Assembly: GCF_964213995.1 (NCBI RefSeq)
Contig: NC_135830.1
Span: 682,001-746,000, forward strand
Origin: Mustelus asterias
Lineage: Eukaryota
Direction: 5' to 3'
Length of the DNA: 64,000 nt
The stretch's first letter is position 1; each line of letters begins with the position of its first letter. Below are positions 25,594 through 38,159 of this stretch, piece by piece. The notes below the pieces were generated by a model. It did no database searches and was not told where the DNA came from. It worked only from the letters and a program-made list of their open reading frames with translations. The position numbers were made by a program, and so were the translations under genes.

Positions 25594-25653
25594 ACCAGCT
25601 TGTCTATGGTTAGGATTCGGAGCTTTCACAGCTGTTCCATTCCCGGCTATGGA
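25594..25653 (+). pseudogene. tRNA-Glu(TTC) pseudogene remnant
   Basis: GTCTATGGTTAGGATTCGGAGCTTTCACAGC..TTCCATTCCCGG matches tRNA-Glu(TTC) with an internal deletion. Confidence 0.65.
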
Positions 25654-25876
25654 TGAATTCGATTTCACCGCTATGTGAACTGTTACAATGAAGAGGAATT
25701 CCTCATTGAATGAAACAGCGATCTGAGCGTTTGTTATACAGAGTTAATCCTCCATCAAACAGACGGTAAATAAATCCTTAGCGACAATTACAAGAACCTT
25801 CCGGGATAGTGTTCTATTCCTGTTGTCATGTATTACATTCTAACTCAGTGTCGATAGTGAGCTTGAGAGTCTAAGT

Positions 25877-25957
25877 GGTAATACGGTTCAATGGTTTAAG
25901 GTGCTGGCTTTCGGATCAAGTTGGAAGGGACACTGGGTTTGAATCCCATCACTGACA
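25877..25957 (+). pseudogene. tRNA-Leu-derived pseudogene
   Basis: GGTAATACGG..GGTTTAAGGTGCTGG..long variable arm..GGGTTTGAATCCCATCACTGACA resembles tRNA-Leu. Confidence 0.6.
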
Positions 25958-26050
25958 AAATAATTTGTCAGCCTGGCCAGTTCAGCGAATACCTCTTGAA
26001 GTAAGTTAATGTCGACAGTGCTGAGAAGAATTCGATAATTTCACATGGGT

Positions 26051-26336
26051 CATAGAACCATAGAATCCTACAGTGCAGAAGGCCACTCGGCCCATCCCAC
26101 CCAAGCCCTATTCCAGCAACCCCACACATTTACACCACTGACACTCGGGTGAATTTAGCATGGCCAATTCACCGAACCCGCACATCTTTAGACTGTGAGA
26201 GGAAACCGGAGCAAACCCACGCCGACAAGGGGAGAAAGTGCAGACTCCACACAGACAGTGACCAAGGCTGGAATCGAACCCGGGTCCCTGGCACTGTGAG
26301 GCAGCAATGCTAACCACTGTGCCACCGTGCCGCCCC
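26051..26336 (-). mobile_element. HE1-like SINE
   Basis: Full head (GGGCGGCACGGTGGCACAGTGGTTAGC) through tail on the minus strand. Confidence 0.85.
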
Positions 26337-26689
26337 AGTCAAAAATAAACTCCTGGCTCTTGTCAGCTGAAGGAACACTGAGCCAATCTTATCTTTACAA
26401 ATAATAAATTGCTAACTGCCCGATGTTGTGAAGTATGAAATGAAACACCGTTGCTGTTGTGTCATCAAATAATATATGTGAACAATGTGAGGGGAACTAC
26501 CTTCTTTTATTTGGTCCAGATCTGTGATTATTTTTTGCTGAATAGCAGCAGTGTGATATTTGTAATCATCCTGCTTCTGGCACATCTCGTATCAATAGAA
26601 GGATCATTAATATTCCCTGAATCTCCAATAAATTCCCCATGACAAGTTGATTGAAATTATGAAATTGTAGTCTGAATTTATGTCATAGA

Positions 26690-27205
26690 CTCGAGTCAGA
26701 GAAGTTTACAGCATAGAAACACACCCATCATCCCAAATTGTCCATGTTGCCAAGTTGTTACCATTAAGATAGTCGCAATTGCCCACGTTTAGCCCATATC
26801 CGTCTATGTTAACCTTACCCACGTAACTGTCTAAATGCTTTATAATGGAGAAAATTGTACACGATGCTGCTCCTACCTCTGGCAGCTCGTTCCAGACACT
26901 CATCACATTTTGAGTGAGAAAAGAAAATGCCCTTCTGCACCCTTTTGTATCTCTCCCCTATCACTTAAAACCTATACCCCCTACTTTTGGACACCCCTAC
27001 CTTTGGAAAATGTGTGAACGATCTACTTTACCTACGCTCTTATTATTTCATAAACCTGTATAAGATCACCATTAAGCTTCCAACGCTCCAGGGAATAAGT
27101 CCCAGCCTGTCCAGCCTCTCCTTATAATTAAAAATTTTAAGTCCTGGTAGCATCCTGGTAAATATTTTCTGCACTACTTGCAGTTTAATAATATCCTTTC
27201 TATAA
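26690..27205 (-). mobile_element. Degenerate CR1 3' fragment
   Basis: SVWNELPEV..KHLDSY motifs on the minus strand. Confidence 0.7.
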
Positions 27206-27982
27206 GCAATCATTGAATCTCAGAGACAGTTCAACTTGAGCTTTGTATTTCTTGGGTACTTCAAGGCATCCAAAGAATTACTACCTGCTCCTCACTGCAG
27301 TTGGTGTATCCGGTGAGTCATATTTCACTGTATTTGTTGCCTTCGAACACGAAACCCGGCTATTAACATAATTCTGTGAAAATGTCCTGGTTTGTACCTC
27401 CTAATGAATTGGGAACACAACTCCCTCCCGTCTGCCAGCCTCTCTCCACTCCCCACCACTGGGAAACGTGCTCCTCTTCCCCCTCTGCTGAAGCCACCCT
27501 CTCCACCCCCACCCCACCACCTCTTCCCTCCCACACACTCCCAGCCGCTTTGATGCTTCCCGCCTTAGTGACTTCAGAATCTTACCTAAGTCAATAATAA
27601 AATAAAAATAAAACTTTTCAGACTCAGTGAATTCCAAATCTGCTCATCCAACATCTACAAATGTCGTCTGCAAAACAGACACTGCATAGTAATCCAGACA
27701 AGAAACCTTAGGTTCAAAAGCTTTGGCAACATTACATCTACCAAATATAAATCTGGAGAAGGGATAAAATTAGAGCTCTGACCTGTTGCTGAATTTGGAT
27801 TCTTGCTACAACAGTGCGGTGTTTTTCTACTTTAAACCCTGTCTCAAACGGAACAGGTGAAGCCATTCTATTCTGTGTCTGGATTCATTAAAAGTGCTGC
27901 ATCTGTTTCCCAGAATCCTGACTGACCGTTTCTCATGGTCTCAGTCTGAAATCTGAGTTAATTGTGTCCCTCTTCCTTCCAG

Positions 27983-28872
27983 TCAACTAATTGAAGCTTC
28001 TTATTCTATCTCTAGGAAGGTGCGGACAAATGTATCTCACATTATCTAATTTCCATGTCAGTGGCAAATCTACTGATCATCATCATCGATCTCATTTTGA
28101 GGCAAATATCTATTAGTTTGAGTGATCAATTTCAGTTCAGGAATAATATTCAAGTGTGCAACATCCATGCTGTCCTGCTTTTTTCAGTCGCTGGTTGTTC
28201 TGTCTGGTTCACTGTCACTTTCACCTTTGATCGATTCATGGTCATTACTTGTAAGAAACTGCTAATGAAATACTGCACTGAGAAAACTGCAGCTGTGGTT
28301 CTCGGAACAGTGAATGCGCTGTTCAGTCTAAAGAAAACTTTCTGGAACTTCACTTGTGAATATTGGCTTTCCAACAACTCCCCATTTATGTGTTGTAGAT
28401 GTTGATATCATTACTCACCAGCGTGGGGAGCAGTTGAACCTTACATTATATTTTAACCCCATTTCTTTCTTTACTGTTGATTCTGCTGCTCAATGTGTTA
28501 ACCGTTCAACACAGTCTAGTGTCGAGCAAAATCCGCAGGAGACTTCGGAGACACAGGACTGGGGAGAGTCCAACTGTCCCAGAGATAGAGAAGTGAAGAG
28601 AATCCATCAAATTACTGTTTGCTCTGTCGGGAAATCTTAGCCTGTTATGATCAGTGTTCATGTTTTATTGTTTATAAGACTGATTGTATCTTTTAAATTT
28701 AATTCGATTGAATCTAACAATTTTTGTCCAGGACCTGGGATTTATGTTCCAACTCCTGATCTGCTGCAACAACGCATGTATTTATGCAATGACCCAGTTA
28801 CAATTTAGCAATGATCTGAAGAATGTGGTGTAATTTCCATTTACTGGAATTATGAAATTCATTAAACAGTGA
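27983..28872 (+). pseudogene. GPR139-like class A GPCR pseudogene (main exon)
   Basis: Acceptor TTCCTTCCAG ends 27982. Translation gives YLISMSVANLL (TM2), VCNIHAVLLF..CSVWFTVTFTFDRF (TM3, DRY-like), KYCTEKTAAVVLGTV (TM4) and NACIYAMTQ (NPxxY-like); several stops and frameshifts. Confidence 0.8.
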
Positions 28873-30009
28873 ATGGATATTGCATTATCACAATGTGTTG
28901 ATCTGATATTATGCACAAAACCTCGTCTCAGTCAGACACACACAATGAGGTCTGTTGCTTTATTCATCCTGGTAAATCCATGCCGAATAATTGTAGAAAT
29001 AGGAAATTAAACATTTTCAGTTCCGAGGGATACTGGATCTGAAACAGTTAATTTGTCTAATTCAGTATGGACTGGGCAGATTGTGCTCCAGAGTAGAGTA
29101 TCCTCATGTTAACTTGCGAGTGTGGTTAGCGACTGTAGCATTTTACTCCAGTTCGAACAGAGATCCCCCAACGAAACATCCGCCACTTCAGCCTCCCACC
29201 CAACCCTCAAGTCACCTCTTTTTCTCATGCTCACCATAATCCCGCTTCTCTCTCCACCCTCCTGCGCTCCCCCATTGGTGTATATTCACTATTGAATCGA
29301 GTGATGATGAATTGACGGAGTGAATACCAGATTAATGAATGCCGCATGGTGTGTGTGAATGTGTGCGGTGTGAGGGAGGAATAATGGAGCAACAGTGGCC
29401 ATTAAATATTTGCCCTAAACTTCCATGGAGTTAAAGTCAGAGTCAGACTGTAGGTCGGGACGGGATATTTGAAGTCTGTGACCACATTTAACATAATTCC
29501 GTGTAAGCATTCGACAATGCAGTCAATTCTAATTGCTAATAACTCAAATAAGTTGACAGTAATTTATTCCCCATGTGCTTTTCACTGTGTGTTATAGGTC
29601 AGAGTGAGATAGTGCCTTAAATGTTCTGGAAAGGGAAGTTCAAATAAACAAATACATTTTGAATACACATGACACAGAATATAGGCAGGAATGTGCAGAT
29701 TTGTGAAGGGACCATGAACCAAATCGAAGCTGAAGAATGGAAAATTTAGAGAAAAGTATAAATTTCTTCAAATAATTAAATAATATAAAGTCTGGATGAA
29801 AAATAAATGAACATCTGTTGAAAACAATGGGAGAGTTTTTCGAGGAAGTGACGAAGATTATTGACCAGGGTAGGGCAGTGATGTTGTCTACATGGACATC
29901 AGTCAGGCTTTTGATAAGTTCCCTCATGGCAGATTGGTTCAGAATGTGAAGTTGCACGGGATCAGAGTTGAGCTGGCAAAATGGATACAGAACTGGCTCA
30001 GTGACAGAA

Positions 30010-31063
30010 TAATGGTGCTTGACTCATCGATCGACACTTCCGACGCGCCACAGCGAAAAACCGCACTGACCTCCTCAGAAGACAAACACCGGACACGGTG
30101 GACAGAGTACCCTTCGTCGTCCAGTACTTCCCCGGAGCGGAGAAGCTACGGCATCTCCTCCGGAGCCTTCAACATGTCATTGATGAAGACGAACATCTCG
30201 CCAAGGCCATCCCCACACCCCACTTCTTGCCTTCAAACAACCGCACAACCTCAAACAGACCATTGTCCGCAGCAAACTACCCAGCCTTCAGAGGAACAGT
30301 GACCACGACACCACACAACCCTGCCACTGCAACCTCTGCAAGACGTGCCGGATCATCGACACAGATGCCATCATCTCACGTGAGAACACCATCTGCCAGG
30401 TACACGGTACCTACTCTTGCAACTCGGCCAACGTTGTCAACCTGATACGCTGCAGGAAAGGATGTCCCGAGGCATGGTACATTGGGGAAACCATGCAGAT
30501 GCTACGACAACGGATGAATGAACACCGCTCGACAATCACCAGGCAAGACTGTTCTCTTCCTGTGGGGGAGCACTTCAGCGGTCACGGGCATTCAGCCTCT
30601 GATCTTCGGGTAAGCGTTCTCCAAGGTGGCCTTCACGACACATGACAGCGCAGAATCGCTGAGCAGAAACTGACAGCCAAGTTCTGCAGACATGAGGATC
30701 ACCGAGACCGGGATCTTGGGTTCATGTCACACTATCAGTAACCCCCACAGAATCTCACTGGCTGTCCTGTCTGGAGACAGTACACGTCTCTTTAACCTGT
30801 GCTGAATGCTCCCTCCACTCACATTGTCTGTATCTTTAAGTCCTGGTTGGCTGTAGAGATTCGCATTCTAATCAGTATTCTGTAAATTGATTTTGTGTCT
30901 TTGTATGCCTTGTTTGAGAGCAGATTTCCACTCCATCTGACGAAGGAGCAGCGCTCTGAAAGCTACTGGCATTTGCTACCAAATAAACCTGTTGGTCTTT
31001 AACCTGGTGTTGTTAAAACTCTTACTGTGTTTACCCCGGTCCAACGTCGGCATCTCCACATCA
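30010..31063 (+). mobile_element. Penelope-like retroelement, 5'-truncated, with GIY-YIG endonuclease and pseudo-LTR
   Basis: Translation gives RVPFVVQYFPG..PCHCNLCKTC..CNSANVVNLIRCRKGCPEAWYIGETMQMLRQRMNEHR (GIY-YIG); 12-bp TSD TCAGTGA(C/T)AGAA at 29998-30009 and 31061-31072. Confidence 0.9.
30928..30969 (+). ncRNA. Minimal hammerhead ribozyme motif in Penelope pseudo-LTR
   Basis: CCACTCCAT-CTGACGA-A-GGAGC-AGC-GCTCT-GAAA-GC-TA-CTGG; stem I partly mismatched. Confidence 0.65.
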
Positions 31064-32351
31064 GTGATAGAAGGCAGAGGGTAGCAGTGGAAGGGTGCAT
31101 TTCTGAATGGAGGGCTGTGACTCGTGGCGTTCCTCAGGGATCAGTGCTGGGACCTTTTCTGTTTGTAATATATACAAATGATTTGGAGGAAAATGTAATT
31201 GGTTTGATTCGTAAGTTTGTGGATGACACAAAAGTTGGCTGAATTGCAGATAGAGATAAGGACCGTCAAAGGATACAGCTGGATATCGATCAGTTGTAGA
31301 CTTGAGCAGATAAATGGCAAATGGAGTTTCATCCGGACAAATGTGAGGTAATGAATTTTGGAAGATCTAATACACATGCAAAATATACCATAAATGACAA
31401 AATCCTTAAGATAATTGATAGGCAGAGGAATCTGGGTGTACAGATACACACGTCACTGAGACTGGCATGCAGATGGAGAAGGTAGTCAAGCGTCTGGCAT
31501 GCTTGCCTTCGTCGGCCTGGGCATTGAATTAAAATATTGGCAAGCCACGTTGCAGCTTTATATCACAGTAGTTAGGCCACACTTGGAAGATAGTGTGATG
31601 ACCAGAACTGAACAATGTCAGAAGGATGTGGAGGCTTTGGAGAGGGCACAGAAAAGATTTACCATGATGTTGCCTGGTATGGAGGGCAATAGCTATGAGG
31701 AGAGGTTGGAGAAACTTGATTTGTACTCACTGGGACGACAGAGGTTGAAGGGTGACCTAATAGAAGCCTCCAAGATTATGAGGGGCATGGACAGAGTGGA
31801 TAGTCAGAATCTTTTTCTCAGGGTGGAAGAGTCAATTACTAGGGGGGCGAGGCTTAAGGTGCGACAGGCAAGGTTTAAAGCATATGTACGAGGTAAGTCT
31901 TTTACACAGAGGGTGGTGAGTGCCTGGAACTCACTGCCGGGGAAGTGGAAGCAGATACGATGGTGACTTTTAAGGGGCATCTCGACAAATAGATGAATAG
32001 GATGGAAATAGATGGATATAGTCCCCGGGAGGGTAGAGAGTATCAGTTCAGCACAGGAGAATGGTCGGTGCAGGCTTGGAGAGCCGAAGGGCCTGATCCT
32101 GTGCTGTAATTTTCTTTGTTCTTTGTGCTCTATTAGAAGAGAATGGAATGGAGTAATTTGCTGGAAACTGACACATTTATTAGCAGGAGGACAAATATCA
32201 ATGCAAGTATTAAATTCACAATCCTCGGGAAAGATCTTTCTGTGAATACAACGGATGCCATTGTTTAACTCATTCATTCCTGCCTTGGGAAATATAGAAT
32301 TAAATTTAACCCCGATCTCCTCGAAGCTCTTTCAGAGTCTTATGATGCCGT

Positions 32352-32668
32352 GGGCGGCACACTGACAGAGTGGTTGGCACTGCTGCCTCACAGCGCCAGG
32401 GACCAAGTTTCAATTTCAGCCTTGGTCACTGTCTGTGTCGATTTTGCACCTTTTCCCTGTGTCTGCATGGGTTTCCTGCGGGTGCTCCAGTTTCCTCCCA
32501 CAGTGCAACAACGTGCGGGTTAGAATGATTGGCCATGCTCAGTTGAACCTAGTGCCAGGGTGATTAATGGGGTAAATGTTTTTGGGAATGAGTCCTGGGT
32601 GGCATTGTGGTTGGCGCAGACTTGTGGGGCCGAATGGCCTCCTTCTGAACTGTAGCGATTCTATGATG
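32352..32668 (+). mobile_element. HE1-like SINE (diverged)
   Basis: GGGCGGCAC head through GGCCGAATGGCCTCCTTCTG..ATTCTATG tail. Confidence 0.8.
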
Positions 32669-32964
32669 TAAGAGATCACCATCTGCTAGGGGCTCATAGC
32701 TACTGCAGGTATTGGCCTTTGTGAGTTTCTGAGAAGTTCTGCGACTTGCTGGTTGCATCGGGAACCTGTTGCTAACATATGAACAACGAATAATATTGTC
32801 AAGAATTCAAGTTTTCAGTAGGACTTCACCTGGTGCACTCGCCTGTTTATAACCAGACATTGCACATGAACTCTGTTCTGCTTTACACACAGGGAGTTAT
32901 TGCTTATTGTATTCGTGATTATTTCAGGCTGCAATGTGTACATTCAATGCACTGATCAGAAAGA

Positions 32965-33425
32965 AACATCGGAAATAGAAGCAGGAGTAGGCCATTCAGC
33001 TGTTCTAGTCTGCTCCACCATTCATTTTGATTATGGCTGGTAATCAAAATCAACATCCTGATCCACTTTCCCCAAATCCCTTGATCGCTTTAACCCCATG
33101 AGCTGTTTTCAATTTCTTCTTGAAATCACACAATGTTTTGTCCTCAGCTACTTTCTGTGGCAGTGAATTCTGCGGATTCACCACTCTTTGGGTGAATAAA
33201 TTCCTCCTTACCTCAGTCAAGTAAGGTTTACCCCTTATCTTCAAAATATGACCTCAAGTTCTGGACTCTCCCACCATTGGGAACATTTTTTCCTGAATCA
33301 AACCTGTCTAATCCTTTTAGAATTTTATAAGTTTTATTTGAGATCCCCTCTCACTCTTCTCAACTCCGCTGAATATGATCCTAACTGACTTAATCTCTTC
33401 TCATATTACAGACCTGCCATCAGTA
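32965..33425 (-). mobile_element. Old CR1 3' fragment
   Basis: ORF 33050..33244 contains TEVRRNLFTQRVVN..SLPQKVAE. Confidence 0.75.
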
Positions 33426-33829
33426 CCATCAACTTGTGGAATCAGGAACTGACTAAATGTCCATCACCAACCCAGATGGGATAATTAGATGTGGGAAGCC
33501 CAAAGAGATATTGCATGATAATACACTCGATGTGACTTACAAATTGGCCAACTTTATCCTGATCTGTTGATTGATTGGACAATGCAGACGTTATTGCACT
33601 TATGTCTCCTCGCTGGCAAAGCGGACAACGGGATGATTGCATTTCACTGCGAAGAGCATTAAAAAAATCAACAAAAGAAGATCAGGAGGAAGATTTACCA
33701 AACGGTTAAAAATCATCATTATGACTGATTCACATTCTAGGGGTAGGGTTTGTGGCAGGTTGGCTTGGGAGATGATATATAATGTTAGGTCATGGGAGGA
33801 ATCTCAAGGAGTTGGTTAGGAATCTCAAG

Positions 33830-34502
33830 GAGTTGGTTTGCAAGTGCAGCAGGTAATTAAGAAGTTAAATGGAATTTTGTCCTTCATTGCTAGAGGGATA
33901 GAGTTTAATAACAGAGAGATTATTTTACAGCTGTGTAAGGTGCTGGTGAGGCCACACCTGGAGTACTGTGTGCAGTTTTGGTCTCCTGACTTGAGAAAGG
34001 ATATACTGGCACTGGAGGGGGTGCAGAGGAGATTCACTAGGTTGATTCCAGAGTTGAGAGGGTTGGCTTATGAGGAGAGACTGAGTAGACTGGGGCTATA
34101 CTCATTGGAATTCAGAAGAATGAGGGAAGATCTTATAGAAACATGTAAGATTCTGAAGGGAATAGAAGCAGGGAAATTGTTTCCACTGGCGGGTGAAACT
34201 AGAACTCGGGGGCATACCCTCAAAATAAGGGGAAGCACATTCAGGACTGAGTTGAGGAGGTACTTCTTCACACAAGGGGTTGTAAATCTGTGGAATTCCC
34301 TGCCCAGTGAAGCTCCCTCATTGAATGTTTTTAAAGCAAGGATAGAAAAATTTTTGAACAGTAAAGGAATTCAGGTTTATGGTGAGCAGGCGATAAGTGG
34401 AGCTGAGAAAACAAAAAGATCAGCCATGATCTTATTGAATGGCAGAACAGGCTCGAGGGGTTAGATGGCCTACTTCTGCTCCTAGTTCTTATGTTCTTAT
34501 GT
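33830..34502 (+). mobile_element. CR1 3' fragment
   Basis: ORF 33838..34464 contains LVRPHLEYCVQFWSP..RRFTRLIPEL; tail (GTTCTTAT)n. Confidence 0.9.
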
Positions 34503-37500
34503 CAGACACTAAAGACGTAAGATTGATTGTTGAAGATGTAAGATTTGTTACCGCAGCTCAACACATTGTCGGCTGTGGAGAAATTTGACCTTATCCATTT
34601 ACAGAAGAGCATCAGGTATTAGCATCTGTGCAGCATGCAAGAGAATATTTGGGAAATTAAATATTTTTCTGATGAGTATACCAAAGGAAAATGATAAATG
34701 AACATATAAGGGTGGATGGAAAATCCAATTCCCGGCAAAGGGATGGAATGGGTGGGTCTACAGGAACCTGGGTGTTTTACTCAACATTACATCATCTGCT
34801 CATGCAAAGCGCTGAAACACATCCGTAACGATTCTGCCATTGTGATGTTGATTAACCCTCTTGAAGATGCCTTTAGGCATTCAAAACGTCCCCTGCACTG
34901 TCATTATTTCTGACAGACAGGACAAGGTTCCTCTGTGGAGTGTATGAGGGTGATCGTAGCCACAGTCTTGTTTGCCAATCACTGAATAATTTTTTGGACG
35001 TCATTTATCTTATGGCTACGTCCTCCATTGGATCAGAAATGCGTCCATGTTGAAAACGTACATTAAACAATTAGCTTGGCTAGCGGTGGAGTGGACCATG
35101 ACCACAACAGCGTCGATGGTACATAATTTTTATTTAATTATTATTAGTCACAAGTAGGCTGAGATTAACACTGTAATAAAGTTACGAGCAATCACGAGGG
35201 GAAGGGTGCAAGTAAATATTGCCACAGCTAAGGCCAGGGAATTAGAATGCTCAAAGAGAAATCGAGTCAAGGTGGCGAAATGTAGTTTTGCTGTTGAGAA
35301 GCAAGAATGATGGCAGTGATAGCTGCGTCTATTATAATCCTGTATTACATTCTCTGTGTTTGCTGTTACAAAAGTCTGATTTAAGCCAACCGATGGAGAT
35401 GGCAATGGCAGTGAAGAAAGGATATACAATGATTTTTGCCATGACAGAAGGACCTCTCCCAGTGAGTAGAAACAATTGGAAAAAAATGCCAATTTTTCAC
35501 ATTAATATAATTTTGATTCGTGGCCGCGGAAACATCCTTTTGACTTGGGAAAATCGTGGGAGAAAAGTAGAGCAACAGATCCGAAGCCCGTTGGATTCCA
35601 CTGTGATCCCTCAAGCCACTGGTGTGTATAATGTCTGCGAATGTCCCCGCTGGGACAGATAGCACCTGATCAAGAGTCCAGAAGGAGGACTGAAGCAGGA
35701 TAACATTTTAAAAATACTGAAGATTAATGTTAAATGTTGCATTAATGACTTCAGAATGGACAAACGCAGTTGTGAGAGTTCCATCTTGGCACCATGGGAA
35801 ATTAACCCAATTCTACTCGGGTAATTGAAACCTTGACCAATGATATCTCCAGAAGCGGCTGACCCAGCAGATATAACAATAACAATAACACACACATCAA
35901 TCGGTGAACAGGACAAAGCAGGCGATTGGGGGAAACTGGAGGGCCATAACCAAGACTGGGCGATGAGATAAGGGGAATATGCACTGACTGAACAGTATGG
36001 TTAGTTAAAGAAATTATTGAGAAAATCATTGTGAATAGAAGGGGGACAAGAGCTATAAATGTTTAACAAGCTCTGTGCAATGGAAAGGCATTATAACAGG
36101 TTGTACGTTTATCTCTCTCTCTCTCTCTCTCGCATTTGTGTGCCTGATAGACGTTGCTGTCTGAAACTGACAGGCTTGAGTGGTCCCAGCTTTTACCACA
36201 ACAATTCAAAACCATGGCCAATTCATTTTGAACGCATCTTGAATTCTACTTGCCTTAATTTTTATAAGAACAGTCTTTTTTTCACATTCTCTCAACAGAA
36301 CTGATATCCACAGTCCCTTCTAAATATCACTTTCAAGAACGTGACCTTCTTCCTAAAGTGTGGTACCTGGGCCTGAACACAATACTCAAGTGGATACATT
36401 ATCATGTATTAATAAAGGTTTGGTCGAACGTTCTTGAGTTTTGTAGTCGATGCCTTTATTAATAAAACTAAAGTTTGCGCTTGTTTTATGAAAACACTTC
36501 TCAATTTATCACGAGAATTTGCTTTTAACTGTGAGAATCCCGAGGCTGCGTGTCCTTGCTCCCTCTTTAAACGGTATATTTTCACGATATCCACGGTTTT
36601 CTCGCACATCATTCGCCAAAGCAACTCCTCAGTAGAAATTAACAGAGTTTACATCATTAGCCGTTTAGCCATTATTATTCATCTGCCAATTCTTGGGTAT
36701 GTCAGTCGTGATATCATTGCATTGCATGTTTCTTTATTTCCTGCTTGCTATCCATCTGTGCGAACCCCAGCCCCCTCCTCCGCCTCCCAAATTACATGGC
36801 TCACCGGAAATATCAGTCTAAGTTGCAGGTGTTAAAACAAATGAACATCGGGCGGTTTCGCCCCCAATTTACATATTTTATGTTCCATTTCATGTGAGCT
36901 GAAAATTACGATTATGAAATGATTCATAAATTCTGCATCGCTACTTATTCATAATCGTAAGTCAATCAATTTTGCTGAATTGAGGTTAGTTGATGGACAA
37001 ACAATAATAGTGTTTAATAATCATATTTATCAGTGACTCGTTAAGCAAAGACACTCGTTTGTGATCTAACCTTTAGGGAAAAAACTGTAAGTAACTGTAT
37101 CAGCAACTGATAATTAGCGCTCAGTTCCCAGAATGCAAGTTACTTACACATAACTGAGCATGGGTGAGCAGCCACCTGCCTCGTGTCCGTAGATATCAGA
37201 ATCATACAACTGATGGAATTGAAAACAAATTGAATTGATATTGCCTGATTCTACGGTGATGCATTATTTCCAATTCTTTGATTAATTTTCTAGATGCAAA
37301 TATTTAAACACTCATTAATCTATACGTCCGACTAACCCACTTTTAGACCCTTGCTGACTATTTGTTTCAGTTAAGATGTGAAGTACATTATACACTATTA
37401 TCAACAAAAGAACAAAATGCGGAACTGAGATGTTTACAAAGGGGTATTTTCACTTCCCTGCCCCATAATTTCTTCTTAACGGTCACTCGCTTTTACAGCA

Positions 37501-37877
37501 ATTTCTGTCTGAGAAATTGAAGAGGAACTGAATTATTATTTGGGCGCGCCCTGCAATGTAGCTGAGATAACACCATCTGCGTGACACAGACAGAAAATAG
37601 AATAGACTGAGTTCCATGACATTGGTTCACTCTGTATCTATCGAAAGCAAACTGTTTTTTTCATAAAGATAATTTGGGCTGTGACTAAAATGGAGGCACA
37701 TGTTTTCTATCGGTTGGTGACATGGAAGCAGAGATAAGCGCATCTACTTGGAAGGAGAGAATCAGTTCCTGGTTTTAGTTCCTTATGATACCGGAACCGC
37801 AGGTTATTAGTGACATCGGGGCGAAATCCCCCTGCATATTGCGGTGAATATCACTGACACGGAATGGTTGTTTTATG

Positions 37878-37923
37878 TATATATATACTATATATATATA
37901 TATATATATATACATATATATAT
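37878..37923. repeat. (TA)n microsatellite
   Basis: Imperfect TA dinucleotide run. Confidence 0.9.
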
Positions 37924-38159
37924 CTGGCATCTTTTACTGTCGCATGAGATTTCGCACCACATCACCAGCGATCAGTATTTTAAAAAAATAAAATAAATAA
38001 CAGCTGAAGAATAAGAAATACCTGTAGAGAAAATATTCAAGTCAACGCATTTGCGCTCAGAGATAAGGCCATCTTTCACCTGACTTCCATTCATTGACTC
38101 ACGTTCCTGAAACAACACTCAATCAAAAATAAAAATCTCTGAAACTTGAGAACTGTATT

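Larger units (their letters stand above)
29830..32120 (+). mobile_element. CR1 LINE fragment split by a Penelope-like insertion
   Basis: AFDKFPHGRLV..WIQNWLSDR stops at 30009 and resumes [18 protein letters not shown] at 31073; CR1 C-terminus to ~32000. Confidence 0.9.

Noticed and set aside
36850-37832. 15-bp imperfect inverted repeats (GGGCGGTTTCGCCCC / GGGGCGAAATCCCCC)
   Set aside because: Could equally be the outer ends of two separate MITE relics; no clear TSD, so no element called.
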